Positions 9,406 to 19,768 of a stretch of 64,000 nucleotides of DNA are shown in pieces. The stretch comes from Myxococcota bacterium. GTDB lineage: Bacteria; Myxococcota_A; UBA796; UBA2385. The DNA lies in assembly GCA_044344255.1 (NCBI GenBank), contig JBIJDH010000002.1, positions 480,001 through 544,000 on the forward strand, given 5' to 3'. The notes beneath the pieces are model-generated. The model saw only the letters and a program-made list of their open reading frames with translations. It did not search any database and was not told the DNA's origin. A program made the position numbers and the translations under genes. Position 1 is the stretch's first letter, and each line of letters starts with the position of its first letter.

Positions 9406-9559
9406 GACTGCTCCATCTGGGCTCAGGTGCGAGCCCTTGCTTCAAGGTACCGTAGGTGCCAGGGACAGGTTTAGCCTGCGCTTCCGTGGAGGGCGCGTGA
9501 CACTCCTGTGATCCCCGCCGGTTTCCCGGCGATGGGGGCCCCGAAGGCCGCCGCTCCCT

Positions 9560-10627
9560 TCAGAGGCCCAGCGCCACCGCCGCCAGCCAGTAGCCGCCCG
9601 CCGCGGCCACGGGGACGGTGAGGTTGTCGTCCCAGCGGCGGATGAAGAGCTCGGCGAGGGCCGCCGGGATCGAGGCGGCGATCGCCAACAGGGCCGCCTG
9701 ACCGTGCGGGAGCGCGGGGTAATACACCGCGAGCAGGGCGATGACGGCCAGCACGCTCACCGCGATGAAGCCGAGCGAGCCCTCGACCGAGCGACCGTTC
9801 TGGAGGCGATGACGGCCGAAGCGGCGCCCGATGAGGCCGGCGGCGGGATCGCCGACGCCGACCACGGCCATCGCCACCGTGAACAGCCGTTCGTCGGCCG
9901 GCAACGCGAGGAGGCCGATGGCGACCGCATACCAGGAGGACGAGGTGACCCGGTGCCGCTCGTGGGGGTGGGACATCGAGCCCATCAACCGCATGCAGAG
10001 GTCGTTCATGCCGGGGATCAGGCGGCGACCGATCTCGACGCTCCAGATCGCCGTGAAGGCGAGCAGCCCGGCGAGGGGCACGGCGATGCCGTCTACGAGG
10101 TGCTGCACGACGGCGATGGCGGTGGCGCCGGTGGCGACATGGAAGAAGGCGCGGGGCAGCTTGCTCGGGCGCAGCGAAGGGAGCCGGACGTCGAGGGGCT
10201 GCAGGCTGGCGGCGAGGTGCTCGTAGGCGGGGGTGGCCTCGCGACGAAAGTCGGCCCAGGCGAAGCGCAGCCGCTCGAGGGGGAGCTCGGCCTCGGGGGC
10301 GCGCGCGGCGATGACACGGGCCATCTCCCGAAGCCGCTCGGCGAGGGCGAGGAGCCGGGGTTGCATCTCGGCCGTGGCCTGATCCGCGAGCAGGCCGACC
10401 TCGCCGCGCAGGGCCTCCACCCGGAGGGAGAGAGCCTGGAGCCGCCCCCGCAGGGCCCGCTCCTGCTCGTCGCGCCAGCGGTTGGGATCGAGATCCCGGA
10501 GGAGCTGGTAGATCTCGCGGGCGAGGTCTCCGCTGCCCTGGATCGGCGTGAGAGGGTGGCCGTCTGAAGGGCCAGGGGTACGCAAGAGGGCTACGGTCAC
10601 GGCCGTCTCCAGGAGTCGACACAGCAT
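9560..10627 (-). CDS. CTP-dependent polyprenol/diacylglycerol kinase family (Sec59/Dgk1/Vte5-like) with helical N-terminal extension; start uncertain
   Basis: RAFFH, GDPAAGLIGRRFG..RSVEGSLGF and DDNLTVP motifs; multiple TM helices. Confidence 0.8.
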   Translation of the reverse strand: MLCRLLETAVTVALLRTPGPSDGHPLTPIQGSGDLAREIYQLLRDLDPNRWRDEQERALRGRLQALSLRVEALRGEVGLLADQATAEMQPRLLALAERLREMARVIAARAPEAELPLERLRFAWADFRREATPAYEHLAASLQPLDVRLPSLRPSKLPRAFFHVATGATAIAVVQHLVDGIAVPLAGLLAFTAIWSVEIGRRLIPGMNDLCMRLMGSMSHPHERHRVTSSSWYAVAIGLLALPADERLFTVAMAVVGVGDPAAGLIGRRFGRHRLQNGRSVEGSLGFIAVSVLAVIALLAVYYPALPHGQAALLAIAASIPAALAELFIRRWDDNLTVPVAAAGGYWLAAVALGL

Positions 10628-10707
10628 AGCGAGCGCTCACCAGGCCTGGAGGGGCGACCGCGCCGCAATTTCCGAACCATGACCGAGCGCGTCCCCGGAG
10701 CCCACCG

Positions 10708-11850
10708 ATGGCCACCTTCCTCCTCGACCCGGACGTCACCTTCCTCAACCATGGCTCCTTCGGCGCCACGCCGGTCGAGCTCCTCCAGCGTCAAGAGGTG
10801 CTGCGGCGGGAGATGGAGCGAGAGCCGGTGGAGTTCATGGTCCGCAGCCTCCCCGGCCACCTCGCCCGCGCCCGCGCCCGGGCCGCCCGCTTCTTGGGCG
10901 CCGACACGGCCGATCTCGCCTTCGTCACCAACGCCACAGCCGGGGCGAACGCCGTCTTGGGCTCGCTCCGCCTGCAGCCGGGCGACGAGCTCCTCACGAC
11001 GGACCACGTCTACAACGCGGTCCGGAACGCGATGCTCCGCGAGGCGGCCCGCGCTGGAGCCCGGGTGGTGGAGGTCCACGTCCCCTTCCCCCTCGAGCGC
11101 CCCGAGCAGGTGACCGAGGCGGTCATCGCCGGCTTCGGGCCGCGCACCCGCCTGCTCGTCCTCGACCAGATCACCTCGCCCACCGGGATGGTCTGGCCGA
11201 TGGCCGACATCCTCGCCGCCGCGCGAGCCGCGGGCATCCTCACCCTCGTCGACGGCGCCCACGCCCCCGGGCAGGTCCCGGTCGACCTCAACGGCCTGGG
11301 CGCGGACTTCTGGGTCGGCAACCTCCACAAGTGGCTCTGCGCTCCCAAGGGCGCGGCCCTGCTCCACGTCGCCCGGGCGCACCAGGCCTGGGTCCACCCC
11401 CCGGTGATCAGCCACGGCTTCGGGGGAGGGCTGCACGCCGAATTCGACTGGCCCGGCACCTTTGACCCCACCGCCTGGATCACCGCAGAGGCCGCCTTCG
11501 ATTTGCACGAGGCCGAAGGCGGCGCCGAACTGCGGGCGGCCAACCATGCCCTCGTGCGGCGCGGGCGAGAGGTGGTGGCTGACCTCGTCGGCGGGCGCCT
11601 TCCCTACCCCGACGATCCGGCCCTCTACGGGAGCATGGCCGCCATCCTCCTCGACGGACCGCCCGACGCCTGGTCGCACATCCACGACCGCCTCATCGAC
11701 GCCCACCGCGTCCAGGTGCCCATCATCTCCTGGGGTGGGCACCTCCTTGTGCGCATCTCTGGCTTCGCCCTATATAATCGGCCAGACCAGTACGAACGCT
11801 TGGGCCACGCCTTACGCTCGGTGCTCGATGAGGTCGGGCGGGTCAGGTGA
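10708..11850 (+). CDS. PLP-dependent class V aminotransferase-fold enzyme (isopenicillin-N epimerase / cysteine-conjugate lyase-like)
   Basis: FLNHGSFG, VDGAHAPG, GNLHKWLCAPKG and WPGTFD motifs. Confidence 0.9.
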   Translation: MATFLLDPDVTFLNHGSFGATPVELLQRQEVLRREMEREPVEFMVRSLPGHLARARARAARFLGADTADLAFVTNATAGANAVLGSLRLQPGDELLTTDHVYNAVRNAMLREAARAGARVVEVHVPFPLERPEQVTEAVIAGFGPRTRLLVLDQITSPTGMVWPMADILAAARAAGILTLVDGAHAPGQVPVDLNGLGADFWVGNLHKWLCAPKGAALLHVARAHQAWVHPPVISHGFGGGLHAEFDWPGTFDPTAWITAEAAFDLHEAEGGAELRAANHALVRRGREVVADLVGGRLPYPDDPALYGSMAAILLDGPPDAWSHIHDRLIDAHRVQVPIISWGGHLLVRISGFALYNRPDQYERLGHALRSVLDEVGRVR

Positions 11851-11859
11851 TCGGGCGGG

Positions 11860-12855
11860 TCAGGTGAGGAGCCGCACCGGTGTCTCCTGGCTGAGCGGGA
11901 CGCCCTCGGCGGACAGTCGGTACCACATCGCCTTCAGGACTTCGCTCTCGAGCTCGTCGTGCAGCGAGAAGTCCTCGATCCAGATCTTGATCGTGTACCG
12001 CTGAAAGGTGGGCTCGAGCTGCCGAAGCCAGACACGGGGCAGCGGATCGGTCAGGCAGCCGGGGATCTTCGCGACCTCCTCCCGAACCCAGGCGGTGAGG
12101 TCAGCCGGCGGCACCCGGACGGAGCAGATGAGCTCAATGAGGCGGGCGGTGCTGCGAAAGGGCAGAGCAAAGTTCTGGATATCCGAGGTGAGCAGCGAGA
12201 TGTTCGACAGGACGAGGTGGTCCCCTGAGAGGGTGCGGAGCCGGGTGGCGCGCCAGCCGACGTTCTCGATGCAGCCCTCCTTGTTGTTGACGAGGATCCA
12301 GTCGCCCTCCTTGAAGGGGCGGTCAAAGGCGAGGACGAGGCCGGCGAAGAGGTTCGACAGCGGCTGCTGGAGCGCGAGGCCGAGCACGATCGAGACCACC
12401 GAGGTGGTAGCGAGCAGCGGGGTGACGTCCATCCCGGAGATGTGGCCCACCGCCGCCAGGGCCACCCCCAGGTAGACGATGCCGATCGAGACCTGGCGCA
12501 AGATCGGCGGCACCCGAAAGCCGAAGCGCTCCTCGAGCAGGAGGTCGACCACCAGGGTCTCGGCGCTCTCGACGAGGATGAAGGTGAGGAGCAGCCACTC
12601 GATGAGGACGAGCGCGCCCTCGGGCCACTCGAGGTGGGCGAGGTGGGCCGCGGCGTGGAGCGCGGTCGCCCCCAAGAGGACCCTCGCCGGCACCCGGAGG
12701 CGGGAGACGAGGTGATCGTCGGAGAGGGTGCGGGTGCGGCGGGCGAGGCTGCGGAGGAGGCGGAAGAGGATCCGCAGGACAAGCTCGCCCATCAGCCCGA
12801 GGCCGAGCGCCACGAGCAGGGCGGCCAGCCAGATCATCGGCGGCGGCGCCGACAT
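11860..12855 (-). CDS. mscS: Small-conductance mechanosensitive channel family protein
   Basis: LGLALQQPLSNLFAG...PFKEGDWI...GWRATRLRT motif; start set at ATG 12855. Confidence 0.9.
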   Translation of the reverse strand: MSAPPPMIWLAALLVALGLGLMGELVLRILFRLLRSLARRTRTLSDDHLVSRLRVPARVLLGATALHAAAHLAHLEWPEGALVLIEWLLLTFILVESAETLVVDLLLEERFGFRVPPILRQVSIGIVYLGVALAAVGHISGMDVTPLLATTSVVSIVLGLALQQPLSNLFAGLVLAFDRPFKEGDWILVNNKEGCIENVGWRATRLRTLSGDHLVLSNISLLTSDIQNFALPFRSTARLIELICSVRVPPADLTAWVREEVAKIPGCLTDPLPRVWLRQLEPTFQRYTIKIWIEDFSLHDELESEVLKAMWYRLSAEGVPLSQETPVRLLT

Positions 12856-12920
12856 CAGGTCGTACCAGAGGTCGGCCCAGTAGGAAAAGACGAACAAGGC
12901 GGCGCTCCGTTTGGCGCGGT

Positions 12921-13295
12921 CTAGCCGGGCGGACCCCCATCGAGCCACCGACCCTGGAGGGCGCGGGTGGCGGCGACGAAGAGCGAGAGGGTGAAGATCC
13001 CGAGGGCCAGCGTGAGCAGCCCGGCGGGCGCGGGGAGGTCGCCGAGCCCCGCGACGAGGAGGCCCCCGCCGACCGGCAGGGCGAAGGGGCGGCGCGCTCG
13101 CGGGGCCGCGTAGACCAGGGCCGCGCAGAGCCCAGCGCCCAGGCCCCCGCCGAGCGCCGCTCCACCCGCTTCAGAGTGCCCCAGGCGACCGGCGAGGCCG
13201 AGGGCGGGGCAGAGCAGGGTGAGGGCCCCCATCCAGAGCCCCAGGCGCCGCTCGGCGGGCACGAGGACCGGCGGCGGCGAGCCGGGGCCGCTCAT
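12921..13295 (-). CDS. Small hypothetical membrane protein
   Basis: 124-aa hydrophobic ORF; its ATG overlaps the acyltransferase stop. Confidence 0.6.
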   Translation of the reverse strand: MSGPGSPPPVLVPAERRLGLWMGALTLLCPALGLAGRLGHSEAGGAALGGGLGAGLCAALVYAAPRARRPFALPVGGGLLVAGLGDLPAPAGLLTLALGIFTLSLFVAATRALQGRWLDGGPPG

Positions 13296-14032
13296 CGGCG
13301 GAGGAGCTCGGCCATCCGGCGCTGGGCTTCCCCCTGCAGGGCCTCGATCTGGGCGTCCTCGTGGGCGGGATCCCAGGCCGGGGGGACGAGCAGGGGGGAG
13401 AGGTACGCGGTCAGCTGGACGGGCCGCGGCAGCAAGGTGGGGCCGATGCCGCGGGCGAGAGGCAGGGGGATGTGGAATCGGTCATAGATCCGATCGGTGA
13501 TGCGGCTCGGGTAGACCTTGTAGATCTCATCGGCGGCCGGACAGGCGGCGAAGAGCATCGGCGCCCCCGTGCGCAAGGCGAGGCGAGCGAAGCCCCGCCG
13601 AGACTCCCAACGGGAGCGGCGGCGCAGGGTGTGGGGCCGGATCGACTCCCACATGCCTCCCGGGGCCACGCCGAGGATCTCCCCCTCGCGGAGGATGCGC
13701 TCGCCCGCCTCGGGGGAGGCCGGGACGAGGCCGCAGCGCTCGGCGAAGCGGGCGAGGCCGGGGATCTGGAAGATGCGGTCGTCACCGAGGCCGCGGGGCA
13801 GGCGGCCGCTGCCGTCCCAGATGCCGAGGCCGATGAGGAAGCCGTCGTAGGTGGCGAGGCTGTGATGCACCACGAGCAGGCAGGGCCCGGCCGCGGGGAC
13901 GTTCTCCAGGCCCTGGACCCGGAAGTGGTGGTAGCGCGCGAGCGGCTCGAGCAGGCGCCGCGCCCGCTGGATGAAGGCGGCGTCGTCCGGGCTGAGGCGC
14001 GTCGGGGTCGCGCCAGGGGTGTTCGTGGGCAT
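13292..14032 (-). CDS. Lysophospholipid/diacylglycerol acyltransferase (PlsC/DGAT2-like)
   Basis: LVVHHSLATYD (HxxxxxD-like), VAPGGMWE and RRGFARLALRTGAP motifs; start at ATG 14032. Confidence 0.85.
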   Translation of the reverse strand: MPTNTPGATPTRLSPDDAAFIQRARRLLEPLARYHHFRVQGLENVPAAGPCLLVVHHSLATYDGFLIGLGIWDGSGRLPRGLGDDRIFQIPGLARFAERCGLVPASPEAGERILREGEILGVAPGGMWESIRPHTLRRRSRWESRRGFARLALRTGAPMLFAACPAADEIYKVYPSRITDRIYDRFHIPLPLARGIGPTLLPRPVQLTAYLSPLLVPPAWDPAHEDAQIEALQGEAQRRMAELLRR

Positions 14033-14113
14033 CGCCGGGGCTCCAAGGGGGCTGCTAACCCACGGGCCCGTCGAGCCCGGGTTAGGCCGGGCGCTGCTCA
14101 GGAGGTGTCCGCG

Positions 14114-14605
14114 ATGAAGTTCGAGCTTCGGCACAGCTACCCCGCCCCGGCGAAGATCGTCTGGGAGCAGCTCTTCTCGGAGCCCTACGAGCAGGCCGTC
14201 CGCGCGGTCTCTCAGATCGAGCGGGAGGTGCTGGAGGACACGGTGAAGGGGGGCGCGAGGGTGCGCCGGATGCGCATCCACTCCGGCCGGGAGCTCCCCG
14301 CCATCGCCCAGAAGATCGTGGGCTCGAGCCGCCTCTCCTATGAGATGGAGGAGCGGTATGACCCCTCCCGCCCCTACATCACCTGGAGCGCCTTCGCACC
14401 CTCCCTCGGTGAGAAGGCGCGATGCATGGGCTCCTACGAGTTCGTGGACCGTCCGGGGGGCTGTGAAAGGTTGGTCAAGGGAGACGTCACCGTCTCCATC
14501 CCGCTCGTGGGCGGCAAGATTGAGTCGGTCATCGTCGAGGAGTTCAAGGGCGCCTACGAGCGCGCCTACGCCTTCGGCCTGCAATGGGTCCGGGAGCACA
14601 CATGA
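14114..14605 (+). CDS. DUF2505 family (START/SRPBCC-like) protein
   Basis: MKFELRHSYPA...GDVTVSIPLVGGKIE pattern; AGGAGG RBS upstream. Confidence 0.8.
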   Translation: MKFELRHSYPAPAKIVWEQLFSEPYEQAVRAVSQIEREVLEDTVKGGARVRRMRIHSGRELPAIAQKIVGSSRLSYEMEERYDPSRPYITWSAFAPSLGEKARCMGSYEFVDRPGGCERLVKGDVTVSIPLVGGKIESVIVEEFKGAYERAYAFGLQWVREHT

Positions 14606-15738
14606 AGGTCCGCGCCGCCCTGCTCGCCCTGCTCGTGGTCGGCCTCGCCGCCTCGCCGACGTCGGGCGGCGCCGCCCAGGCCGCGGAGGTCGGCTACGGC
14701 GACGTGGATGAAGACGGCTACCCCAATTGGGGGGAGCGCTCGGTGCACCTGTGGACGAACGCCGTCCGGGTGGACCCTGAGGCCTTCTCGGCTGACTATC
14801 AGGCCGGCGGCTGCACCTTCGAGAGCTTCGAGGCCTCCGAGAAGACCCCCAAGGGGCTGCTCTACTACTCGCGCCCGCTCAACGTGGCCGGTCGGTTCCA
14901 CTCGACCGACATGCACGACAACGACTGGTTTGACCACGCCTCGTCGGACGGCACGTCCTTCGGTGACCGGGTGGCGCGCTTTTATACCGAGAGCGGCTAC
15001 GTCGGCGAGAACATCGCCTACGGATATCCAGACCCCTTCACCGTCGTGCTCGGCGGCTGGATGTGCTCGTCTGGCCACCGCGCCAACATCATGCTGGCCG
15101 ACTACAACGAGCTCGGCACGGGGGTGGTGGGCACCTACTACACGCAAGACTTCGCGGCGGGCACGGTCGACAGCGACGGCCCCATCGCGATGGGCGTGCA
15201 TGAGCCCGAGGCCGCGACCGCCGAGGCCACCTTCCTCGTCGACTGGTCGGAGGCGGAGGCCCCCGCCTCTCTCGAGGTGGTCGTAGACGGCGTCGGGTCC
15301 GCGCTCGCGCTCACCTACGGCGTGGACGGCCTGGGCGTCTACACCGCGGACGTGACCCCCGAGTCGGCCGACTGCCACCGTTACTTCTTCCGCTACGAGT
15401 CCGCAGCGGGCGAGAGCGGGGTCTTCCCCGAGACCGGGAGCTACCTCTACGGCGCCGCCTGCGAGGGCACGCTCGGCTGGGAGCTCGGTCAGGATGGCGG
15501 CTCCGGTGGCGGAGACGGGGGCGGGGACGGCGGTGGGGACGGCGCCGGCGGCGGCGAGCTGCTCCCCACGGGGGAGACCCCCGAAGAGGCCATCGGGGCG
15601 ATGAAGGTGGTCGGCTGCTCGGCGACGGACGCCCCCTCCCGGGCGGCTCCCCGCTCGCTCCTCGCGATTTGCCTGGCGGCCGGCCTCGCCGTCGTCGGGC
15701 GCCGGGGGCCGCGCCACCGTCGGCAGAAGGGCGCCTGA
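14602..15738 (+). CDS. CAP/SCP-domain secreted protein with MYXO-CTERM-like C-terminal anchor
   Basis: FDHASSDG, GENIAYG, WMCSSGHRANIM and YYTQDF motifs; C-terminal GCSAT...hydrophobic...RR. Confidence 0.88.
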   Translation: MKVRAALLALLVVGLAASPTSGGAAQAAEVGYGDVDEDGYPNWGERSVHLWTNAVRVDPEAFSADYQAGGCTFESFEASEKTPKGLLYYSRPLNVAGRFHSTDMHDNDWFDHASSDGTSFGDRVARFYTESGYVGENIAYGYPDPFTVVLGGWMCSSGHRANIMLADYNELGTGVVGTYYTQDFAAGTVDSDGPIAMGVHEPEAATAEATFLVDWSEAEAPASLEVVVDGVGSALALTYGVDGLGVYTADVTPESADCHRYFFRYESAAGESGVFPETGSYLYGAACEGTLGWELGQDGGSGGGDGGGDGGGDGAGGGELLPTGETPEEAIGAMKVVGCSATDAPSRAAPRSLLAICLAAGLAVVGRRGPRHRRQKGA

Positions 15739-15865
15739 GCGGCGATTTCGGGATACGGTGTCGGCCTCCCCTGTGGCGCTTCCCGGCGTCACGCTCCCGG
15801 CGCTCCCTTCGATGCGGCGCGTCGGCTGGCCTCCCCGCCCCACCTCCCTCCTCCGGGCTGCGTAG

Positions 15866-16372
15866 ATGTCTCGCACGGCTGTCTGCTCCCTCCTCGTCCT
15901 CCCCCTGGTCCTCGCGGTCGGCCTCTTCCCGCAGAGCGCCCACGCCAAAGACCTCCGCACCCGCGTCGGCGTCGGCTTTGACCAGCAGTTTGGTCAGCTC
16001 TCCGCCTTCTCGATCCGCTACGGGCTGCCGAACGAGAACCCGGCGATCAACATCCAGCTCGAGGGTGACTTCGGGTTCAGCCAGTACAAAGATCTCGGCG
16101 ACGAGCGGATCTTTGGCGGAGGCAAGCTCCTCTACGGTGTCGTCGTGGAGGACAACCTCAACCTCTACCTCGGCGCAGGCGGCGGCTTCATGGGCGATGG
16201 TGCGGCCTCGGTCGTGCGCATCCAGCCCTTGAGCTCGGTCGACTTCTTCCTCTTCGGCCTCGAAAACCTAGGTATCACCACCGGGATCGGCCTGAACATC
16301 GACGTCGGTGACGGCGGCTCGGGCGTCGCCTTCACCGGCGCGGCGAACGCGGGCGTACATTACTGGTTCTGA
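15866..16372 (+). CDS. Small outer-membrane beta-barrel protein
   Basis: Signal peptide (AHA|KDL), alternating amphipathic beta-strands, C-terminal HYWF beta-signal. Confidence 0.8.
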   Translation: MSRTAVCSLLVLPLVLAVGLFPQSAHAKDLRTRVGVGFDQQFGQLSAFSIRYGLPNENPAINIQLEGDFGFSQYKDLGDERIFGGGKLLYGVVVEDNLNLYLGAGGGFMGDGAASVVRIQPLSSVDFFLFGLENLGITTGIGLNIDVGDGGSGVAFTGAANAGVHYWF

Positions 16373-16384
16373 CCGGATGGCGGC

Positions 16385-19300
16385 TTGACCCGAATTCACG
16401 CTCTCTTCGATCGGCGCGCCCTGGGCCGCTGCGCCCTCGCCCTCGCGCTGCTCCTGGCAGGGGCGGCGCTGTCCTCGCCGGTCGCCGAGGCGGCCGCCGT
16501 CGACCCCGACCTCACGTGGCGGACGATGGAGACGCCACACTGGCGCATCACCTTCCACGGGGGAGAAGAGGCGCTGGCCGAAGAATTCGCGCGGGTCGGT
16601 GAGGCCATCTGGGAGGAGATGACGACGGAGCTCCAGAACGCGCCCCGTCGGCGCACGGAGCTCGTGCTCATCGACTCCTCGGACAGCGCCAACGGCTTCG
16701 CCATGACGCTGCCGGTCAACACCATTCAGATCTACGTGACGGCGCCGCAGGAAGACTCCACCCTCGCCACCTACGAGGACTGGAACGACGCGATCCTCAC
16801 CCATGAGATGACCCACATCCTCCACCTCGACACCGTGGAGGGCATCCCGCAGCTCCTCCGCTACGTGCTCGGGCGGACGATCTCGGTGAACCGGGTGGCG
16901 CCGGGCTGGGTGATCGAGGGGCAGGCGACCTTCCAGGAGACCCGCAACACCAACGCCGGCCGCGGGCGCTCCACCTACGTGGACATGATCAAGCGGATGA
17001 CCGTGGTGGAGGATGACTTCCCCCCCCTCGGCAACCTCGACGGCTTCCAGCGGGATCCGCCCGGAGGCAACCTCCGCTATCTGTTCGGGCAGGACTTTCA
17101 GCAGTTCATCGCCGATCGAGCGGGGGAGAAGGTCTGGACGGACTTCTTCCACACCTACGGCGGCTTCATCCCCTATTGGCTTCCCGCGAAGCAGACCTTC
17201 GGTGAGGGGATCAACAAGCTCTACTTCGCCTGGCGGGCGGAGATGACCGAGCGCTACACGCGGCAGCTCGAGAAGATCCAGGCCGAGGGCCTCACGCCCT
17301 TTCGGCTCCTCACCGACGGCGAAGACCTCTGCTCAGCCCCCACCTTCAGCCCGAATGGCGCCTCGCTCGTCTGGTCCTGCTCCGACCGGGAGCGCGGCTC
17401 CGCGATCTGGCTGGCAGACGGGCAAGGGCGCTCGCCGAAGCGGGAGCTTGACCAGCGCTTCGCCAACGACTTCACCTGGCGCGGCGACGGCAAGGCCTTC
17501 GCCTTCTCCTCCCTCCACTCGGTGAACCGCTTCAACCTCTACTCGGATGTGTACTTCCACACGCTGGGCGGGGGCATCGAGGCGCTTACCAGCGGAAAGC
17601 GGGCGCGGAATCCAGACTTCTCTGAGGACGGCCGCGAGATGATCGCGGTTACGAACGGCCTCCAGCAGAACCAGCTCGTCCGCCTCACGGTGGACCGCCG
17701 GATCGAGGCCCTCACCGACAATGACGACCACCGGCAGCTCTCCACCCCGGTCTACTCTCCGGATGGGCGCAGGCTCGCCCTGTCGATGTGGAAGGACGGG
17801 TACCGCGATCTGTGGATCTTCGATCTGAACGGAGATCCCACCCGTCGCGTCACGATGGATCTCGCCTCGGACATCGACCCCTCCTGGTCCGCCGACGGGC
17901 GCACGCTCTACTTCTCCTCCGATCGAACCGGCGTCTACAACATCTACGCCATCGACCTCGAGACCGAGCACCTCTTCCAGATCACGAACGTCGTGGGCGG
18001 CGCCTTCCACCCCTCTGTGCGGCCCGACGGCAGCGCGATGGTCTTCGAGTCCTTCTCCAACGACAGCGTCGACGTCGCCTGGATGGACCTCGATCGTGCC
18101 GCCTGGCGAGATCGCGGGGCTCTGCCGCGACCGGTGGAGGGTGGGGAGGCGCTGTCGGCGGTCCTGCCGAAGGAGCCCGTGGTGATCCCGACGCCGCCGA
18201 CGGGCAGCGGCGCGGCGGCGGAGGCCAGCCCGCCGCAGAGTAAGTCCGAGGCGCGGCGGGCGAAGCGGGAGGCGCGGAAGGAGAGGCGAGGGGAGAAGCG
18301 CCGCGATCGGCGCGCCATGGGCGGCCAGGGCGACGTTTACCCCACGCTGACCGAGACGTGGGAGTACCCTGGCCTCACCGGCGTCGGCGGCGCCTTCGAG
18401 CACAGCCGCTACCAGCCAGGGACGTGGGGTTTGCCCGGCGAGCCCCTGGCGCAGGGCGAGCTCAGCGCCGACCAGCCGGGCGGCGGCGCCGACGTCGACG
18501 ATCCCACGATGGTGAAGGAGGTGAAGAAGGAGGAGGACTACGCCTTCACGCACCCGGTCGAGCGCTACAACCCGCTCCCGACCCTGCTCCCCCCTCGATT
18601 CGTGATCCCGTCTCTGTACAAGGCCACCTACGGGTACATGGGCTCCCTGTCTACCTCGGGCTGGGATCCGCTGCGGCGCTGGATCTACGCTGCCTCGGTG
18701 TCCTACCGCACGGACAGCGAGTTCGTGGGCTGGAGCGGCTCGGTGGTGCTCAACCGCTGGGTGCCGATCTTCTCGCTCGGCGCCTACAGCTACACCGTCC
18801 CCTACGGGAACATCTACACCTATGAGGGCCCCCCCCCGGAGGGTGGGGCCTGGGTGCCCTCAATCGTCGATAGCGGAGAGCTCTACTGGGACAAGCGGAC
18901 CCGCCTCTATGGCGAGGCCGCCTACTCCTTGGACTCCTACCGCTCGATCTTCGCCACCTGGAGCGGGACGCTGCGGCAGCCCCTCGAGCCCCTCTCAGCC
19001 CAAGCCTGGCGGCCGTTGCTCCCCGACCGAGGCTTCCTGTCCACGGTGAGCGCCGGCTACCGTTTCTCTCGGGGCCGCTTCTACTCGCGCTCGATCTCCC
19101 CCGAGGAGGCCCGCGTGGTCTCGGTGGTTGGTCAGGCCAGTCACCCCGCGCTCGGCAGCTATGTCCTCGACGACACCGACAGCAAGGTTGGCTTCACCCA
19201 GCTCCGCCTGATGACGGAGTGGCGCGAGTATCAGTCTGTGCCCTGGTTCCCGAACCACGTGTTGGCCCTCAAGGGCGCGGTCGGCGCCTCAGCGGGCGAC

Positions 19301-19738
19301 AATCAGCGATACGGCAACTACCGCCTCGGCGGCAGCTTCGGTGAGAGCTCGTATTACACCCTGCCCGACGAGTGGCGCGCCCTCCGCGGCTTCGAGTCTG
19401 CCACCGTGTACGGAGATTGGTACTACCTCGGCTCTGCCGAGTATCGCCTGCCTTTGTTCTACGTCGACCGCGGCGTCTCGGTGATCCCCTTCTTCCTCCA
19501 GTCCTTCTCCTTCGCCGCCTTCGTCGACGCCGGGAACGCCTTCAACGAGGTGACGGAGACCGGCGTGCTGGCCAACACCCTCGTCGGCGCCGGGGCCGAG
19601 CTCCGGGCCACCGCGGTCTGGCTGTGGGGTGTTCCCCTCTCGGGCCGCCTCGGCTACGCGATGCCGGTGCACGGCGAGGGCGGCGTGAGCCAGGGTTATG
19701 GACACTCGGTCTACCTCTGGTTCGGCAGCAGCTTCTGA
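16385..19738 (+). CDS. Omp85/BamA-TamA-like outer-membrane protein with N-terminal zinc-peptidase (HExxH) and PD40/TolB-like propeller
   Basis: THEMTH...WVIEGQAT gluzincin motif; PxFSPDG/PSWSADG repeats; LRGF, AEYRLP and FVDAGN barrel motifs; terminal F. Confidence 0.88.
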   Translation: MTRIHALFDRRALGRCALALALLLAGAALSSPVAEAAAVDPDLTWRTMETPHWRITFHGGEEALAEEFARVGEAIWEEMTTELQNAPRRRTELVLIDSSDSANGFAMTLPVNTIQIYVTAPQEDSTLATYEDWNDAILTHEMTHILHLDTVEGIPQLLRYVLGRTISVNRVAPGWVIEGQATFQETRNTNAGRGRSTYVDMIKRMTVVEDDFPPLGNLDGFQRDPPGGNLRYLFGQDFQQFIADRAGEKVWTDFFHTYGGFIPYWLPAKQTFGEGINKLYFAWRAEMTERYTRQLEKIQAEGLTPFRLLTDGEDLCSAPTFSPNGASLVWSCSDRERGSAIWLADGQGRSPKRELDQRFANDFTWRGDGKAFAFSSLHSVNRFNLYSDVYFHTLGGGIEALTSGKRARNPDFSEDGREMIAVTNGLQQNQLVRLTVDRRIEALTDNDDHRQLSTPVYSPDGRRLALSMWKDGYRDLWIFDLNGDPTRRVTMDLASDIDPSWSADGRTLYFSSDRTGVYNIYAIDLETEHLFQITNVVGGAFHPSVRPDGSAMVFESFSNDSVDVAWMDLDRAAWRDRGALPRPVEGGEALSAVLPKEPVVIPTPPTGSGAAAEASPPQSKSEARRAKREARKERRGEKRRDRRAMGGQGDVYPTLTETWEYPGLTGVGGAFEHSRYQPGTWGLPGEPLAQGELSADQPGGGADVDDPTMVKEVKKEEDYAFTHPVERYNPLPTLLPPRFVIPSLYKATYGYMGSLSTSGWDPLRRWIYAASVSYRTDSEFVGWSGSVVLNRWVPIFSLGAYSYTVPYGNIYTYEGPPPEGGAWVPSIVDSGELYWDKRTRLYGEAAYSLDSYRSIFATWSGTLRQPLEPLSAQAWRPLLPDRGFLSTVSAGYRFSRGRFYSRSISPEEARVVSVVGQASHPALGSYVLDDTDSKVGFTQLRLMTEWREYQSVPWFPNHVLALKGAVGASAGDNQRYGNYRLGGSFGESSYYTLPDEWRALRGFESATVYGDWYYLGSAEYRLPLFYVDRGVSVIPFFLQSFSFAAFVDAGNAFNEVTETGVLANTLVGAGAELRATAVWLWGVPLSGRLGYAMPVHGEGGVSQGYGHSVYLWFGSSF

Positions 19739-19768
19739 CTCCGGACAATTCCGCGCGGGGCCCTGTCC

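Noticed and set aside
9406..9559. c-di-GMP-I riboswitch (GAAA-capped hairpin) or sigma54 promoter upstream of the DADT lipoprotein
   Set aside because: Hairpins are present but the GGCAAA/GACGCAAAG core is missing, and TGGCAC lacks the -12 GC at the right spacing
10708..11850. Beta-lactam biosynthesis (cefD)
   Set aside because: There are no ACV synthetase or IPNS neighbours, and the family is widespread with other PLP lyase functions
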